Virus record (IMG/VR): IMGVR_UViG_3300030207_002164
Span: 1 to 55,499 of that record
DNA: 55,499 nucleotides
DNA from: a virus
Lineage: Duplodnaviria; Caudoviricetes
Direction: 5' to 3' (one strand)
This document shows, piece by piece, positions 45,101-54,316 of this stretch (its first letter is position 1; every line of letters starts with the position of its first letter). A program made the position numbers and the translations under genes. The notes under the pieces were generated by a model. That model had not been told where the DNA came from, did no database searches, and saw only the letters and a program-made list of their open reading frames with translations.

Positions 45101-45173
45101 AAGTATAGATCCTGACGCAGACGCTGTAGCGGAAACAGAGGTGGAGGAAGATTCAACAACAGAAGAAATATAA
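42132..45173 (+). CDS. internal virion protein with C-terminal GH73 (FlgJ-like glucosaminidase) domain
   Basis: AAAQGAVESNWG...NNFFGMKA...FATPEDGF..Y...LQDGGYATATNY. Confidence 0.85.
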   Translation: MSEQGFTASLTALANQKRAALLQERTRLQNEENSRAQAINELSGFNAASITNPHMRAAFEQQIRDVQDYISGVGEYEGQEYDVVGFARNLRKITNSYNSMIGHNNEDVKNGRSTLLTSATTSAEDSRMSEMGGIGTGKRIYSNNSLTTLENADQYHNNYFEPVMENGKYVYDENGGLMGREVLLDENDKPVIDPETGEFRYDSEVKSIYEMHAYANASNYSGETIEADLPSIMDIAQSDPAKNRLTFIKSTYDSQDYARIGTNPEDIHRDAVGRLFEDWWTTDSPMAKDWRESILFDTLKRAGQGTFELSEEDQLKFINGEELSVAGQAELDNIRNFAENIYYNESYSTPQIKGDDGGGGGGDDQDAIFNTSLFRTVNTSTYNPDTRRFDIGEGGAQRDMRGLVNTIEVTGSNVEGLPAGAQGYTIQNIGVNPMNTENPGAMFATIAIEVPVTDDDNPLGLDIGENGTVIQYVDVQVGPNMGGLGEEIFNTLGTGDNLVYQNYLLEQRNAALPSDPDEFAAFEETMELIEADRAIVERSTQGANLYSAALDDIPGYAEGGTLRGDIQERLNDHTAYTGDNEEYRELGLTVSEVAQQEIYDNFTEDNYMDVYGAGIGDSFKGLFTLGGISPQDVNKDAKQDYNQIKNVLPNPVEDAKRRKTEGDAEARREEVAEERRQEQRDERREEEDRAEELKNRRIQRRQETRDLQDELGYQDAESYAVDPETGERIYEFEGPEGEDEIFQLLINNPIDSRAGRYFKELQRRADGEEPRKVTYSSEDGVLTIEGEEKTEPDGGIAQWETEIIVPSGYNNPDKTLKTQAFDRYVEMFEILGHPFPEAAAAQGAVESNWGSQMPNNNFFGMKAGSANKTQKALREAGVDFTIDYIRTEEVVDAATLKRLEKKHGNLLINKGKDTTDPTKTRVSIPGEPFLVFATPEDGFKGYMAFIKQNFPKALKAKTGKAYLEALQDGGYATATNYVSGIIARAESADRSIDPDADAVAETEVEEDSTTEEI

Positions 45174-45176
45174 CCT

Positions 45177-48100
45177 ATGGCAAACGGATTTGACCCAAAC
45201 GACCCTACACAACTAACAAGGGGTAATGAGGGGCAGCCGCAAGGCGGTGCTCCACAGTCTAGATTTTTTGAACTAAATCCAGACCTAGCTGCTAGCTTAA
45301 ATCAGGTAACTATGGACCCTGAAGAGCTGGCTAAGATGGAGAATGAAAAAAGACAAGCAGACTTTGATGTAATAGATAGAGCTTTTGATCTTGGATGGGA
45401 TGCTGATAAGATCGTAGGTATGATGAGTACTTGGGACGGTTACAATGAGGCTGACGTAAGGGCTACGATGTATGCTAAGTATGAAATAGATGCTGCTGCT
45501 TTTGAAGAAGAACAAGAAAGACAAAGAAAGCAAAGAGATAAAAGAGAAGCAGAGAAAGCAGAAAGGGATAGAAAGTGGACCGAATCTTTAGAAGACTTTG
45601 AGGAGGTAGATTGGTATGGCCACTGGGAAGACGGTGAGGCTGCTACATCACAAGCTCCGTGGTGGCTTCAAGCTATGGGTATAGAAAGCGTCCCATGGGT
45701 AGAGAGCTCACATACAGGACTTCATTGGTATAATATAGGATCTGGTTACGACTGGGAGCAGTCTATGAGAGATGCTGGTTATGATGACGAACAAATAGAT
45801 GCTGTTCGTCAATTCAACCCAATGAGTATGGCAAACAGAAGTGAAGGCGCTATACAAACAGCACAGGGTATTCAGGGGGCTACTGCTCAGCATATAACAG
45901 TACAAAAACTACAACACTCTCTTGCCGAAGATTATAACAATTCGGCTATAGCTTACGGCCTTCTTAAACATCTAACGGATGGAAATATGGAGGATGCTGA
46001 TGAGCTATTAGCGATGATGAAAGAGGATGGCACTTTAAATCCAATATTTGATGATTATGATTTATCTGATCCAGCTACTGTTGAGGGATTAAAGACTATG
46101 GCTGTAAGGATGCAGGACAATAGCGATAATAGAGCTAGAGAAAAAATGACACAGCTCTCTGCTGCTTATGGCGATATGGGTATAGAATATAACCTAAATC
46201 CAGAAAGCGACGTAGATTTACATAACGCTCTTTTAGAGGCTAGCAAGTTTAAATCTAGAGCTGACGAATATAATCAAGGTTTACAGGAGTTTTTAAGAAT
46301 ATCCAAAGAAGCAGAATTTGATTATAACATTCTTTACGAGTCTTGGGGAGGTGGAGCTTTTGGAAATGCAGCTGCAAAAACTCAGGAAGTTATTGGCGGT
46401 TGGGTAGAAAACTTAGAGGGTAGCTTTAGAGGGCTTCAGGCTCTTTACTACGATGGCGTTTTGGATGAAAGAAAAGCTGAGTATTACGGCAAAAAAGCTC
46501 AAAAGATTCAGTCGTATAGATCTGCATTTAACTCTGCTAGAAATAAAGCGCAGTTTGCGGACAACCCAGAAGTTAGAAATATGGGGTTGTGGGAAAGTAT
46601 AACGAGTGATAAAGCCTCTTGGGGTGATGCTGGTGTAAAAGCTTTAAATACCTTTGGAGAGGTGTTGCCAGACGTAGTTATAGCTGCTGTGACTATGGGT
46701 AGAGGTAGCCTAATTAAGCAAGCTGGAAAAGAAGCTTTAGAGGAGGCTGGCGGTATGGCTGTAAAAAAGTTTAGTAGTAGATACTTCGGAACTCAAGCCA
46801 GGAAAGACGCAACTAAGCAAATCATGACTGGTCAGCTAATGACAAAAGGAACTGCTGGTTTCTTTGGCTTGAGAAGTGCTGGTAGTACATACGCTTCAGT
46901 TAGAGATAGAAAAGATATGAGCTACGGTCAGAAGTTGTTTTTATCCACTGTAGTAGGTGGAGCAGAGGCGGTCATGTCAAGTATATTTGTTGGAGCTGAA
47001 AAGTTGGGTATGCAGGGTATACGTAACGCTATGACAGGTGTTGGTAGCTCTGAAGCTAGAAAGACAGCCATGAGACAGGCGCTTAGAGGTTTGAGAAAAA
47101 GAGATATATGGGCTAAAGCTGGTAAATCAATAGGAGCTGAATGGTTAGAAGAGGCCTCTATTGAGGCTGTTGATCAAGCCACAAGGTATCTTATTGATTG
47201 GTCTAACGGTAGGCAGCCAGAGCCTATTGATTATTATGCTATTATGGATGCTGGGCTTGGCGGTCTTTTAGGGGCTGTACCAGGATCTACATTTGGGGCT
47301 GCCACAAGTCATATGGCGCACAGCAAAATACAAAACTCTAGAACAATAATTTTAGCTGAGCTTGACAAAATTGACGATAGAATAAGAAACTCTTCTGATC
47401 CAACCACACAGACAAACCTTAGAAAGAAAAGAGCTAGATTATTTAAAATGCTAGCATTGACCGATTCTCAAGGGGCAAAAGAATATGATAAACTTACTGA
47501 AGCTGAGTTAAAAGAGGTTAACGCAATAAACAGAGAGCTTGCTCAGATAAAAGATGAAATAGATGTAGAGAAGGATGCTGAGACAAGAAAAAAATTAGAG
47601 GAGAGATTTGGCAATCTATATGAGAGAAAACTTGATATAGAGCAAGGGGCAAAAGAAAGACCTTCTGTGCCTAGAGCTAGTGTAGATCAAGACGCTGAGG
47701 GTAATGATGTTAATTCTCAGCAGAACGATATGACTGATCAAACTAGGAGGGCTCACGAGAATATGCCTGAAGCAGATCATGATAATGATTTTACGACAAG
47801 CGGACAAAGAATATCATCTTTAAAGTCTAAAGTTTACTCTGCATTTAGAACAATAAGTAGAAATGCTTTGGGTAAGCCAGGCACGGATAGGGACGGTCAA
47901 GATGTAAAAACTAAAAAACAAAAAACAACTAAAGGAGCTCAAACAAAAGCAATAAACGCATTAAAAGCGTTAGGATATACAGATGTTCAGGCTAAGCGTA
48001 TTGTAAACGAGCTTACACAAGTAGAAAACGAATTAGCCAGACTTGAGGGGACCGCTTTAAATGAAGCAGGTATTCAAAAGCTTGACGCCCTTAAAAAGCG

Positions 48101-51100
48101 TAAGCAGAGATTGCTAAACATGGTTGGAGTTCAAGAGGCTGCTCAACAGTCTTCTCCAGAAGCTGAAGCTCAAGCTGATGCTGAAACTGAGACTCAAGAA
48201 AGGGGCGCACCAATAGAAGATAATTCTGTTGATGTAGATTTAGACGAAGGTATTGACTTTAATGCTAACTGGATCGGAGGCGGTCCTGGTAAGATACCTC
48301 TTGTTGTTGCTTCACAGATACAAAGAATGATGAAAGCCTTTGGTAAGGCTTTAAAGGCTGGAGGTATAAGAGTTAAGATTCACTTAACTCAAGAGTCATT
48401 TGATTTAGCTACAGGCAAGAAGGGGTCTAAAGGTTTTTACGATACTTCAGGTAGGGTTATACATCTTAACCCAAACTCTAGTAAAGCTGATGTTCAAGAA
48501 GAATTTGGACACTCTGCGTTTAGGTTCTTAGTAAATTCAGACCCTGCAATAAGAAATGTATTATACAACGATCTTCTTAAACTAGCTGGCAATCCAAAAA
48601 CAAAAGCTGACGGAACTGTAGATACATCTGAGTTTATTGATAGAAATCCAGAAACAGGCAAGCCTAGATGGAAGATAGATAGGAGGCAGATACAATCTAT
48701 GAATCCAGTACTAAGACTTCTTATTGAGCAAGATGTAACGTATTCGGATTACTCTACAGAGAACAGAATGGAGGAGGCTGTAATGACTGCTCTAACTGCA
48801 TACTCTAGAAATCCAAAGCCATTCAACGAAACAAAGGGGTTTGTAAAACGTATAGTTTCTAGTATAAATAGAGCATTAAGAAAAGCTGGATTTAAAGGTA
48901 ACTTCCTTTCAACGCAAGACGGCTTTTTATCTTTTGCTGATAAGTTTGCTTTAGCTACATCTGGACTATCAACAGATATTGAGGGTAGTTTAGATCCAAA
49001 GCAGGACATAACTAAAACCGACTCTGAAAAACAAGAAGAAGCAAAGGTAGAAGAAACTACAACTGAAGAGGCGCCAGCTGAGGAAGCTGCACCAGAAGTT
49101 GAAGAAGCACAACCTACGGAGGTAGAAGAAAAAAGAGCTGATGAGTCTCCTGAACAATTCCAACAAAGACTAGAAAGGGAGGCTGATGAATTGCTTGGAG
49201 CTGAAACTGAAGAACAAAGACTGCAGAGAGAATTTGAAGAGGAAATGACTGGGACTTCTGGGCTTGAAGCTAGAAGAATAGATATAGAAGATTCTGTTGA
49301 GCCTAACTTGTCTGGAGCTGAAATAGTTTTTGAATACACTGGCTACATGCCAATGAGGAGTGGTTTAGACAAACCATTTTACGGAACAAGAAGAGTTAAA
49401 GTTAATGACTATACTCATTTTAGAAACTTATACGCAAAACTTACAGGTAACGGAGATGCTCCTGCAAGAATGGAGGTTAAGTATTACATCAGAGACGGCG
49501 TAAAATATAATGTGACAAATGAAACACCTGGGTTCCCACCAAAGCCGACGACAGACTATAGGGGTAACAGGAGAAAGATGTCAGTTCCGTATTTAAAGAA
49601 TCCAAGAGAACTTACTTTAGCAGCTAGAATGAGAGCTTCTAACTTACAGAAGGAACTAAGAGATCAAATGCGATTACTAAGAGATGAGGTGATGGATTTG
49701 GTACAAAATAATGACAAGAACTTAAGAAGCTATGTTCAATCTGACGACTTTAACCCTCTGTATGTAAGTTCTTTAGATAGGCCTTTTGGGGCTCAAAGTG
49801 AATCAGAGGTTTTAGAGCAGATAGAGGGCATGGCTATAGCCAAGAAAAACATACAAGCTTTATTAGATTCAGACATATCAGAGCAAGATCTTGCAGCCCT
49901 TAAAGGCAATAGCTGGGGTATAAGCAAAACAAAGCACCCATCTATATTTAATATGAGTGGATTAACTCCATTCTCTCAGTCTGGCATTGGAAGCAGCGTT
50001 GGTGATGGCAAGCCTCAGAACTTGGACGGCATGGAATCTAGAAAAGTTGATATAGAGCTTGGTACAGACATACCTGTTGGAGACATGAAGGCTGATATAG
50101 ACGGACTAAACGGTATAGTTTCTGGGTTTGACAGAACAGGAAACTTCTCTGGCGTAAGCGGTCTCTTTGGTAAGACCATGGAGGTTGCTGGTAAAACGTA
50201 TGGAGTCATAACAGCACACAGAGGGGCAAGGGAAGCAAGATATAAATTTGATTCTTTAGCAAAACAGGTTAGAGACACAATAAGAGAGAAGAATCTTAAA
50301 GACGGAGATACTGGCTTTGTCTACCACATGGTGACTCTTTTGAGCCCTAAATCTAGCTTAGGTAATCCAGCGGTATTTTCTTCATTAGTGCAAAGATTAG
50401 TTAACGATGGAGACTCTGCATCTGCAATAAGGTCTTTGAATACTGCTTTAAATTCTAAATCTGTAAATACCAGGGTTAGAACCGCACTGTTTGATTACGC
50501 AACAACAAAAAATTTATCAAACCTTCAGAATGCCGTATCTGTCCAAGGGCGTATTAACATTCAAAACGACACTCAGCTAGACGAGATTGTGACTGCTTTA
50601 ACTGAAATAGATGGTAATATTGGTTTGGAGTTAGGTTTTAAAGCTAGAACTGAAGTAATAAAAAAGCTTTACCCAGAACAAACAAAAACCAACGAATCAA
50701 CTGAATCTTTGTTAGAAGATTTTCATGATCCAGTTTGGGCTGATACCAATATACAATCAACCGAAGTCGTTGCGTATACTAAAATTCCATTTGTGGTAGA
50801 CTCAAAGTCTCCTACTGGATTTACTGGATTTAAAACTGGATACATTGAAGGAGATGCTTTTGCTGGAGTTATAAGAACAGACGGCACTGCTGGTGAAATA
50901 GAATTAAAGCTGCCTGGAAACTCTAAAGGGGAAATGGTTATTCCTTTGGTTTCTGAGATAATGCCAGATCTTAGCATAAGGACTGATAAAACAAAAAAGA
51001 AGAGAATATCAGACGATCCAGACACGGGTGAGCGTAGGTTTTTGGATAAACCTATTAGAAAACCTATATCTGAATTAGAAGGACAAGAAGCTGTAAAAGC

Positions 51101-53879
51101 CACCGAGGAGCTAGGAAGAATTAGCGCAATAAAAGGTAAGGTGACGTTTGACAATGTAAACGACTTTGAGTCTAGATCTGTTAACATTGAAGGCCTAGAG
51201 TCTAGAGATGGTATGACAGATGTTCAAAATGATGAGGGTCAAACATGGCAGGTAAGGGAGAAGACCTGGTTCCAGCAATGGAGAGGTAAGTGGCTACGTA
51301 GGCTAGCGGACAAGTATTACGATGTCATGGGGTTACAATCTGACATTGAAAAAGCTAAAGGTATGTCAGTGAAAGAGTCTCAGGACTTTAAGATGGCTGA
51401 AGAAAGAATGTATGGTAAAGCTGCTTTTGACCTTGACAAACTAGAAACCAAAACCAAGAAGATAACCGCTTTGATGAAAAAGCTGGGGTTAAATCAGGGA
51501 GAGATAACAGATTACTTATACGCACTGCATGCTAAAGAACGTAACGCACTAATAAAAGAGCGTGACGGTAAAGAAAATGGTAGCGGTATGACTGACGCTG
51601 AAGCTGATGCTATACTTAATGGACTTACCGATCAGCAGAAGTCAAACATGAATCAGGTTGTTGATATATTAAGAGAAATACAGCAGGATACTAGAAACAC
51701 AATGGTTGAGCTAGGTCTTGAAACTCAAGAGACTATAGACAGATTTGAAGGTCAGTTTGATAATTACGTACCTCTTGGAGGTATAGCTACTGATGAGATG
51801 GGTTCTGACGGTGCATTCTATCCAACAGGCGGTGCTGGTATGTCTATTCAAGGGGCTACATACAAGAGAGCAGCTGGACGTAAGAGCAAGGCTGAAAATC
51901 TAGTAGCTCAAATTATATCTCAGAATGCATCAATGCATATTCAGGGTAGAACAAATGAAGCTTTGAATTCTTTATATGAGTTGGTGCTAAACAACCCTAA
52001 TGAGGGAGTATGGAGTATAGTAGATAAAGCTAATTACGGAGATGCACACGTAGTTCCAGTAAGAGTTAAAGGTGAGCAGAAATACATAAGATTCAAGGAT
52101 TCAAGTTATGCTGAGACCCTCAAAGGCATGAGCGTTCCAAGAACTTCAGCTCTTGTAAAAATACTTAGAGCCCCAGCTAACCTACTGAGAAGATCTTTTA
52201 CAACTCTCAATCCTGAATTCATAATATCAAACTTTTCAAGAGATATACAGTCAGCTATATTTAATGCTATGGCTGAATCAGACATTGAAGGAGGTTTACT
52301 ACTAGGTACTAATGCATTCAAGGACATTATGAAGAACGTAGGACCGTCTCTTAAGAGTTTGCTTAAAGTAAATAACCCAGCAGCCCTTGGTAAATTATTC
52401 AAAGAGAATCCTCTTATAGAAAAGTATTATGAAGAGTTCCAGGAAGATGGAGGTAAAACTGGATGGGGGTACGCTAAGTCTTTACAAGAAATTGCAGCAG
52501 AGATAGAATCAGAAACTGGAGAAAAATCTACAGCTCAAAATATTTGGGGTAAGGTTGAAAACTTTGCAGAGGGTATAGAAGGTGTAAACGATGCGTTTGA
52601 AAATAGTATAAGATTGTCAACGTATATAGCGGCGAGAGAAAACGGAGTTACCAGAGCTAAAGCAGCTCAGCTTGCAAAAAATGTAACTGTAAACTTTAAT
52701 AAACACGGAGAGTACGGGCAAGCTCTTAACGCTGTTTACTTATTCTTTAACGCCTCTATACAGGGTACAATGAGGTTAGGTAGGTCTTTACTAGGATCTA
52801 AACCTGCTAGACCTGACGGAATTAAAGAAAGCTGGATGAAGCGTAGAACTAATGCTCAAAAGATAGCGTCAGGGTTAGTTGTCTTTAACGGTATGTTAAC
52901 TCTTATTGCTAGAGCTATGTCTGGTGAAGACGAAGATGGTGTTTTATTCTACGACAAAATACCAGACTACGTAAAGGAAAGAAACATGATCCTAATGGTT
53001 GATGAGAAAAACTACATTAAGATTCCTATGCCATACGGATTTAATATATTTGCAAATCTAGGTAGTGCTGCTGTTGATGTGGCGGAAGGAGGTAAAGAGA
53101 TAGACGAGGCTATGTTATTCTTAGGCAACTCGTTTATGGGTGCGTTCTCGCCAGTTAGCTTTGGTCAATCAAAAGATTTATTTACATCAGTTGGTAAAGG
53201 CGTTACACCTACAGTGTTGAGGCCTTTAGTAGAAATAATGACTAATGAAACATACTTTGGAGGGCCTGTATATGCTGAACAATCACCATATTCTGCAGCT
53301 AAACCAGAATCTTCTATGTCGTTTAGGTCGCCTAGAGCTATGCAGCAGTTCTTCTCATGGGTGAATGAATCTACAGGAGGGTCTAAAGATGTTCCTGGAA
53401 GTATTGATATAAACCCAGATAAATTCTGGCACATATTTGACTACTATTTAGGAGGGGCTGGTCAGTTTGTTACAAGAAGTATGGAGACTACATACAAAAT
53501 GGGGCAGAAACTATTTGTAGACGATAAAATAGAAGTTCAGTTTAATGACTTGCCAATGATACGTAGGATGTATGGGGAGCCATCTAAGTATTACGACATG
53601 GAAAAGTTTAGAGAAAACGAAGCGGTGGTGACTAGATTGCTGAGAGAATACAAGGGTGACGAAAGATCTGAAGATCTTGATAGATACAAAGGTCTACGCC
53701 CACTAAGTCAAAAATTAAAACAATATCAAAAGCTGCTTAAAAAAATAAGACAGGCAAAGCGAGAAGCAAAGCAAATAACAAATTATGCGGAGAGATCTGT
53801 AAGAATTCAAGAACTACAAGATGCAGAAAGAAGAGTTGTAATGGATTTTAACAGGCTTTACGAAAAATACAGAGACTAA
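45177..53879 (+). CDS. 2900-aa large polyvalent internal virion protein with variant zincin (EExxH) and C-terminal LPD38-like domain
   Basis: KGFYD...IHLN...QEEFGH...RMEEAV; NPEFIISNFSRD, TVNFNKHG..LYLFFNASIQG-type and YDKIPDYVKERN..IKIPMPYGF motifs. Confidence 0.85.
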   Translation: MANGFDPNDPTQLTRGNEGQPQGGAPQSRFFELNPDLAASLNQVTMDPEELAKMENEKRQADFDVIDRAFDLGWDADKIVGMMSTWDGYNEADVRATMYAKYEIDAAAFEEEQERQRKQRDKREAEKAERDRKWTESLEDFEEVDWYGHWEDGEAATSQAPWWLQAMGIESVPWVESSHTGLHWYNIGSGYDWEQSMRDAGYDDEQIDAVRQFNPMSMANRSEGAIQTAQGIQGATAQHITVQKLQHSLAEDYNNSAIAYGLLKHLTDGNMEDADELLAMMKEDGTLNPIFDDYDLSDPATVEGLKTMAVRMQDNSDNRAREKMTQLSAAYGDMGIEYNLNPESDVDLHNALLEASKFKSRADEYNQGLQEFLRISKEAEFDYNILYESWGGGAFGNAAAKTQEVIGGWVENLEGSFRGLQALYYDGVLDERKAEYYGKKAQKIQSYRSAFNSARNKAQFADNPEVRNMGLWESITSDKASWGDAGVKALNTFGEVLPDVVIAAVTMGRGSLIKQAGKEALEEAGGMAVKKFSSRYFGTQARKDATKQIMTGQLMTKGTAGFFGLRSAGSTYASVRDRKDMSYGQKLFLSTVVGGAEAVMSSIFVGAEKLGMQGIRNAMTGVGSSEARKTAMRQALRGLRKRDIWAKAGKSIGAEWLEEASIEAVDQATRYLIDWSNGRQPEPIDYYAIMDAGLGGLLGAVPGSTFGAATSHMAHSKIQNSRTIILAELDKIDDRIRNSSDPTTQTNLRKKRARLFKMLALTDSQGAKEYDKLTEAELKEVNAINRELAQIKDEIDVEKDAETRKKLEERFGNLYERKLDIEQGAKERPSVPRASVDQDAEGNDVNSQQNDMTDQTRRAHENMPEADHDNDFTTSGQRISSLKSKVYSAFRTISRNALGKPGTDRDGQDVKTKKQKTTKGAQTKAINALKALGYTDVQAKRIVNELTQVENELARLEGTALNEAGIQKLDALKKRKQRLLNMVGVQEAAQQSSPEAEAQADAETETQERGAPIEDNSVDVDLDEGIDFNANWIGGGPGKIPLVVASQIQRMMKAFGKALKAGGIRVKIHLTQESFDLATGKKGSKGFYDTSGRVIHLNPNSSKADVQEEFGHSAFRFLVNSDPAIRNVLYNDLLKLAGNPKTKADGTVDTSEFIDRNPETGKPRWKIDRRQIQSMNPVLRLLIEQDVTYSDYSTENRMEEAVMTALTAYSRNPKPFNETKGFVKRIVSSINRALRKAGFKGNFLSTQDGFLSFADKFALATSGLSTDIEGSLDPKQDITKTDSEKQEEAKVEETTTEEAPAEEAAPEVEEAQPTEVEEKRADESPEQFQQRLEREADELLGAETEEQRLQREFEEEMTGTSGLEARRIDIEDSVEPNLSGAEIVFEYTGYMPMRSGLDKPFYGTRRVKVNDYTHFRNLYAKLTGNGDAPARMEVKYYIRDGVKYNVTNETPGFPPKPTTDYRGNRRKMSVPYLKNPRELTLAARMRASNLQKELRDQMRLLRDEVMDLVQNNDKNLRSYVQSDDFNPLYVSSLDRPFGAQSESEVLEQIEGMAIAKKNIQALLDSDISEQDLAALKGNSWGISKTKHPSIFNMSGLTPFSQSGIGSSVGDGKPQNLDGMESRKVDIELGTDIPVGDMKADIDGLNGIVSGFDRTGNFSGVSGLFGKTMEVAGKTYGVITAHRGAREARYKFDSLAKQVRDTIREKNLKDGDTGFVYHMVTLLSPKSSLGNPAVFSSLVQRLVNDGDSASAIRSLNTALNSKSVNTRVRTALFDYATTKNLSNLQNAVSVQGRINIQNDTQLDEIVTALTEIDGNIGLELGFKARTEVIKKLYPEQTKTNESTESLLEDFHDPVWADTNIQSTEVVAYTKIPFVVDSKSPTGFTGFKTGYIEGDAFAGVIRTDGTAGEIELKLPGNSKGEMVIPLVSEIMPDLSIRTDKTKKKRISDDPDTGERRFLDKPIRKPISELEGQEAVKATEELGRISAIKGKVTFDNVNDFESRSVNIEGLESRDGMTDVQNDEGQTWQVREKTWFQQWRGKWLRRLADKYYDVMGLQSDIEKAKGMSVKESQDFKMAEERMYGKAAFDLDKLETKTKKITALMKKLGLNQGEITDYLYALHAKERNALIKERDGKENGSGMTDAEADAILNGLTDQQKSNMNQVVDILREIQQDTRNTMVELGLETQETIDRFEGQFDNYVPLGGIATDEMGSDGAFYPTGGAGMSIQGATYKRAAGRKSKAENLVAQIISQNASMHIQGRTNEALNSLYELVLNNPNEGVWSIVDKANYGDAHVVPVRVKGEQKYIRFKDSSYAETLKGMSVPRTSALVKILRAPANLLRRSFTTLNPEFIISNFSRDIQSAIFNAMAESDIEGGLLLGTNAFKDIMKNVGPSLKSLLKVNNPAALGKLFKENPLIEKYYEEFQEDGGKTGWGYAKSLQEIAAEIESETGEKSTAQNIWGKVENFAEGIEGVNDAFENSIRLSTYIAARENGVTRAKAAQLAKNVTVNFNKHGEYGQALNAVYLFFNASIQGTMRLGRSLLGSKPARPDGIKESWMKRRTNAQKIASGLVVFNGMLTLIARAMSGEDEDGVLFYDKIPDYVKERNMILMVDEKNYIKIPMPYGFNIFANLGSAAVDVAEGGKEIDEAMLFLGNSFMGAFSPVSFGQSKDLFTSVGKGVTPTVLRPLVEIMTNETYFGGPVYAEQSPYSAAKPESSMSFRSPRAMQQFFSWVNESTGGSKDVPGSIDINPDKFWHIFDYYLGGAGQFVTRSMETTYKMGQKLFVDDKIEVQFNDLPMIRRMYGEPSKYYDMEKFRENEAVVTRLLREYKGDERSEDLDRYKGLRPLSQKLKQYQKLLKKIRQAKREAKQITNYAERSVRIQELQDAERRVVMDFNRLYEKYRD

Positions 53880-54316
53880 TGAGTAAGAAAAAAATTAAAG
53901 ACACCAAGCTTGGATCTTGGTTAGCAGAAAAAGCACCACAAGTATTAGGTGTAGTAGGAGACCTTCTACCAGATAGCGGTGGACTGGGCGTTGTGAAAAA
54001 TCTAATTGACAGTGATGATAGTGTTGACTCAGAAGAAGCTCAACGTGTGATCGACGCAGAGGTTAGGTTTCAGGAAAATGTAACAGAGCGCTGGAAGGCT
54101 GACATGGGCAGCGATGTTAAGCTGGCTAAACTTATACGCCCTGTTACACTTATATGCCTGATGGCTATGTTTATGATCACCATGATGATAGACAGCATGG
54201 ACAATGTTGCATTCAACGTGAAGGACTCATACGTCTCTCTGCTTGAGTTGCTTATGCTTACAGCCTTTGGTGCGTACTTTGCAGGGCGTACCATCGAGAA
54301 GAAGTCAAGTAAGTAA
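53879..54316 (+). CDS. holin (GTA/3TM-like)
   Basis: TERWKADMGSD..LAKLIRP + TM ... FGAYFAGRTIEK. Confidence 0.85.
   Translation: MSKKKIKDTKLGSWLAEKAPQVLGVVGDLLPDSGGLGVVKNLIDSDDSVDSEEAQRVIDAEVRFQENVTERWKADMGSDVKLAKLIRPVTLICLMAMFMITMMIDSMDNVAFNVKDSYVSLLELLMLTAFGAYFAGRTIEKKSSK

Noticed and set aside
45177-53879. Virion RNA polymerase (crAss- or N4-type) that might read the hairpins
   Set aside because: No catalytic DxDxD in a polymerase context (DFDVID and DVDLD lie in helical or acidic linker regions); recognisable parts are zincin-like and LPD38-like
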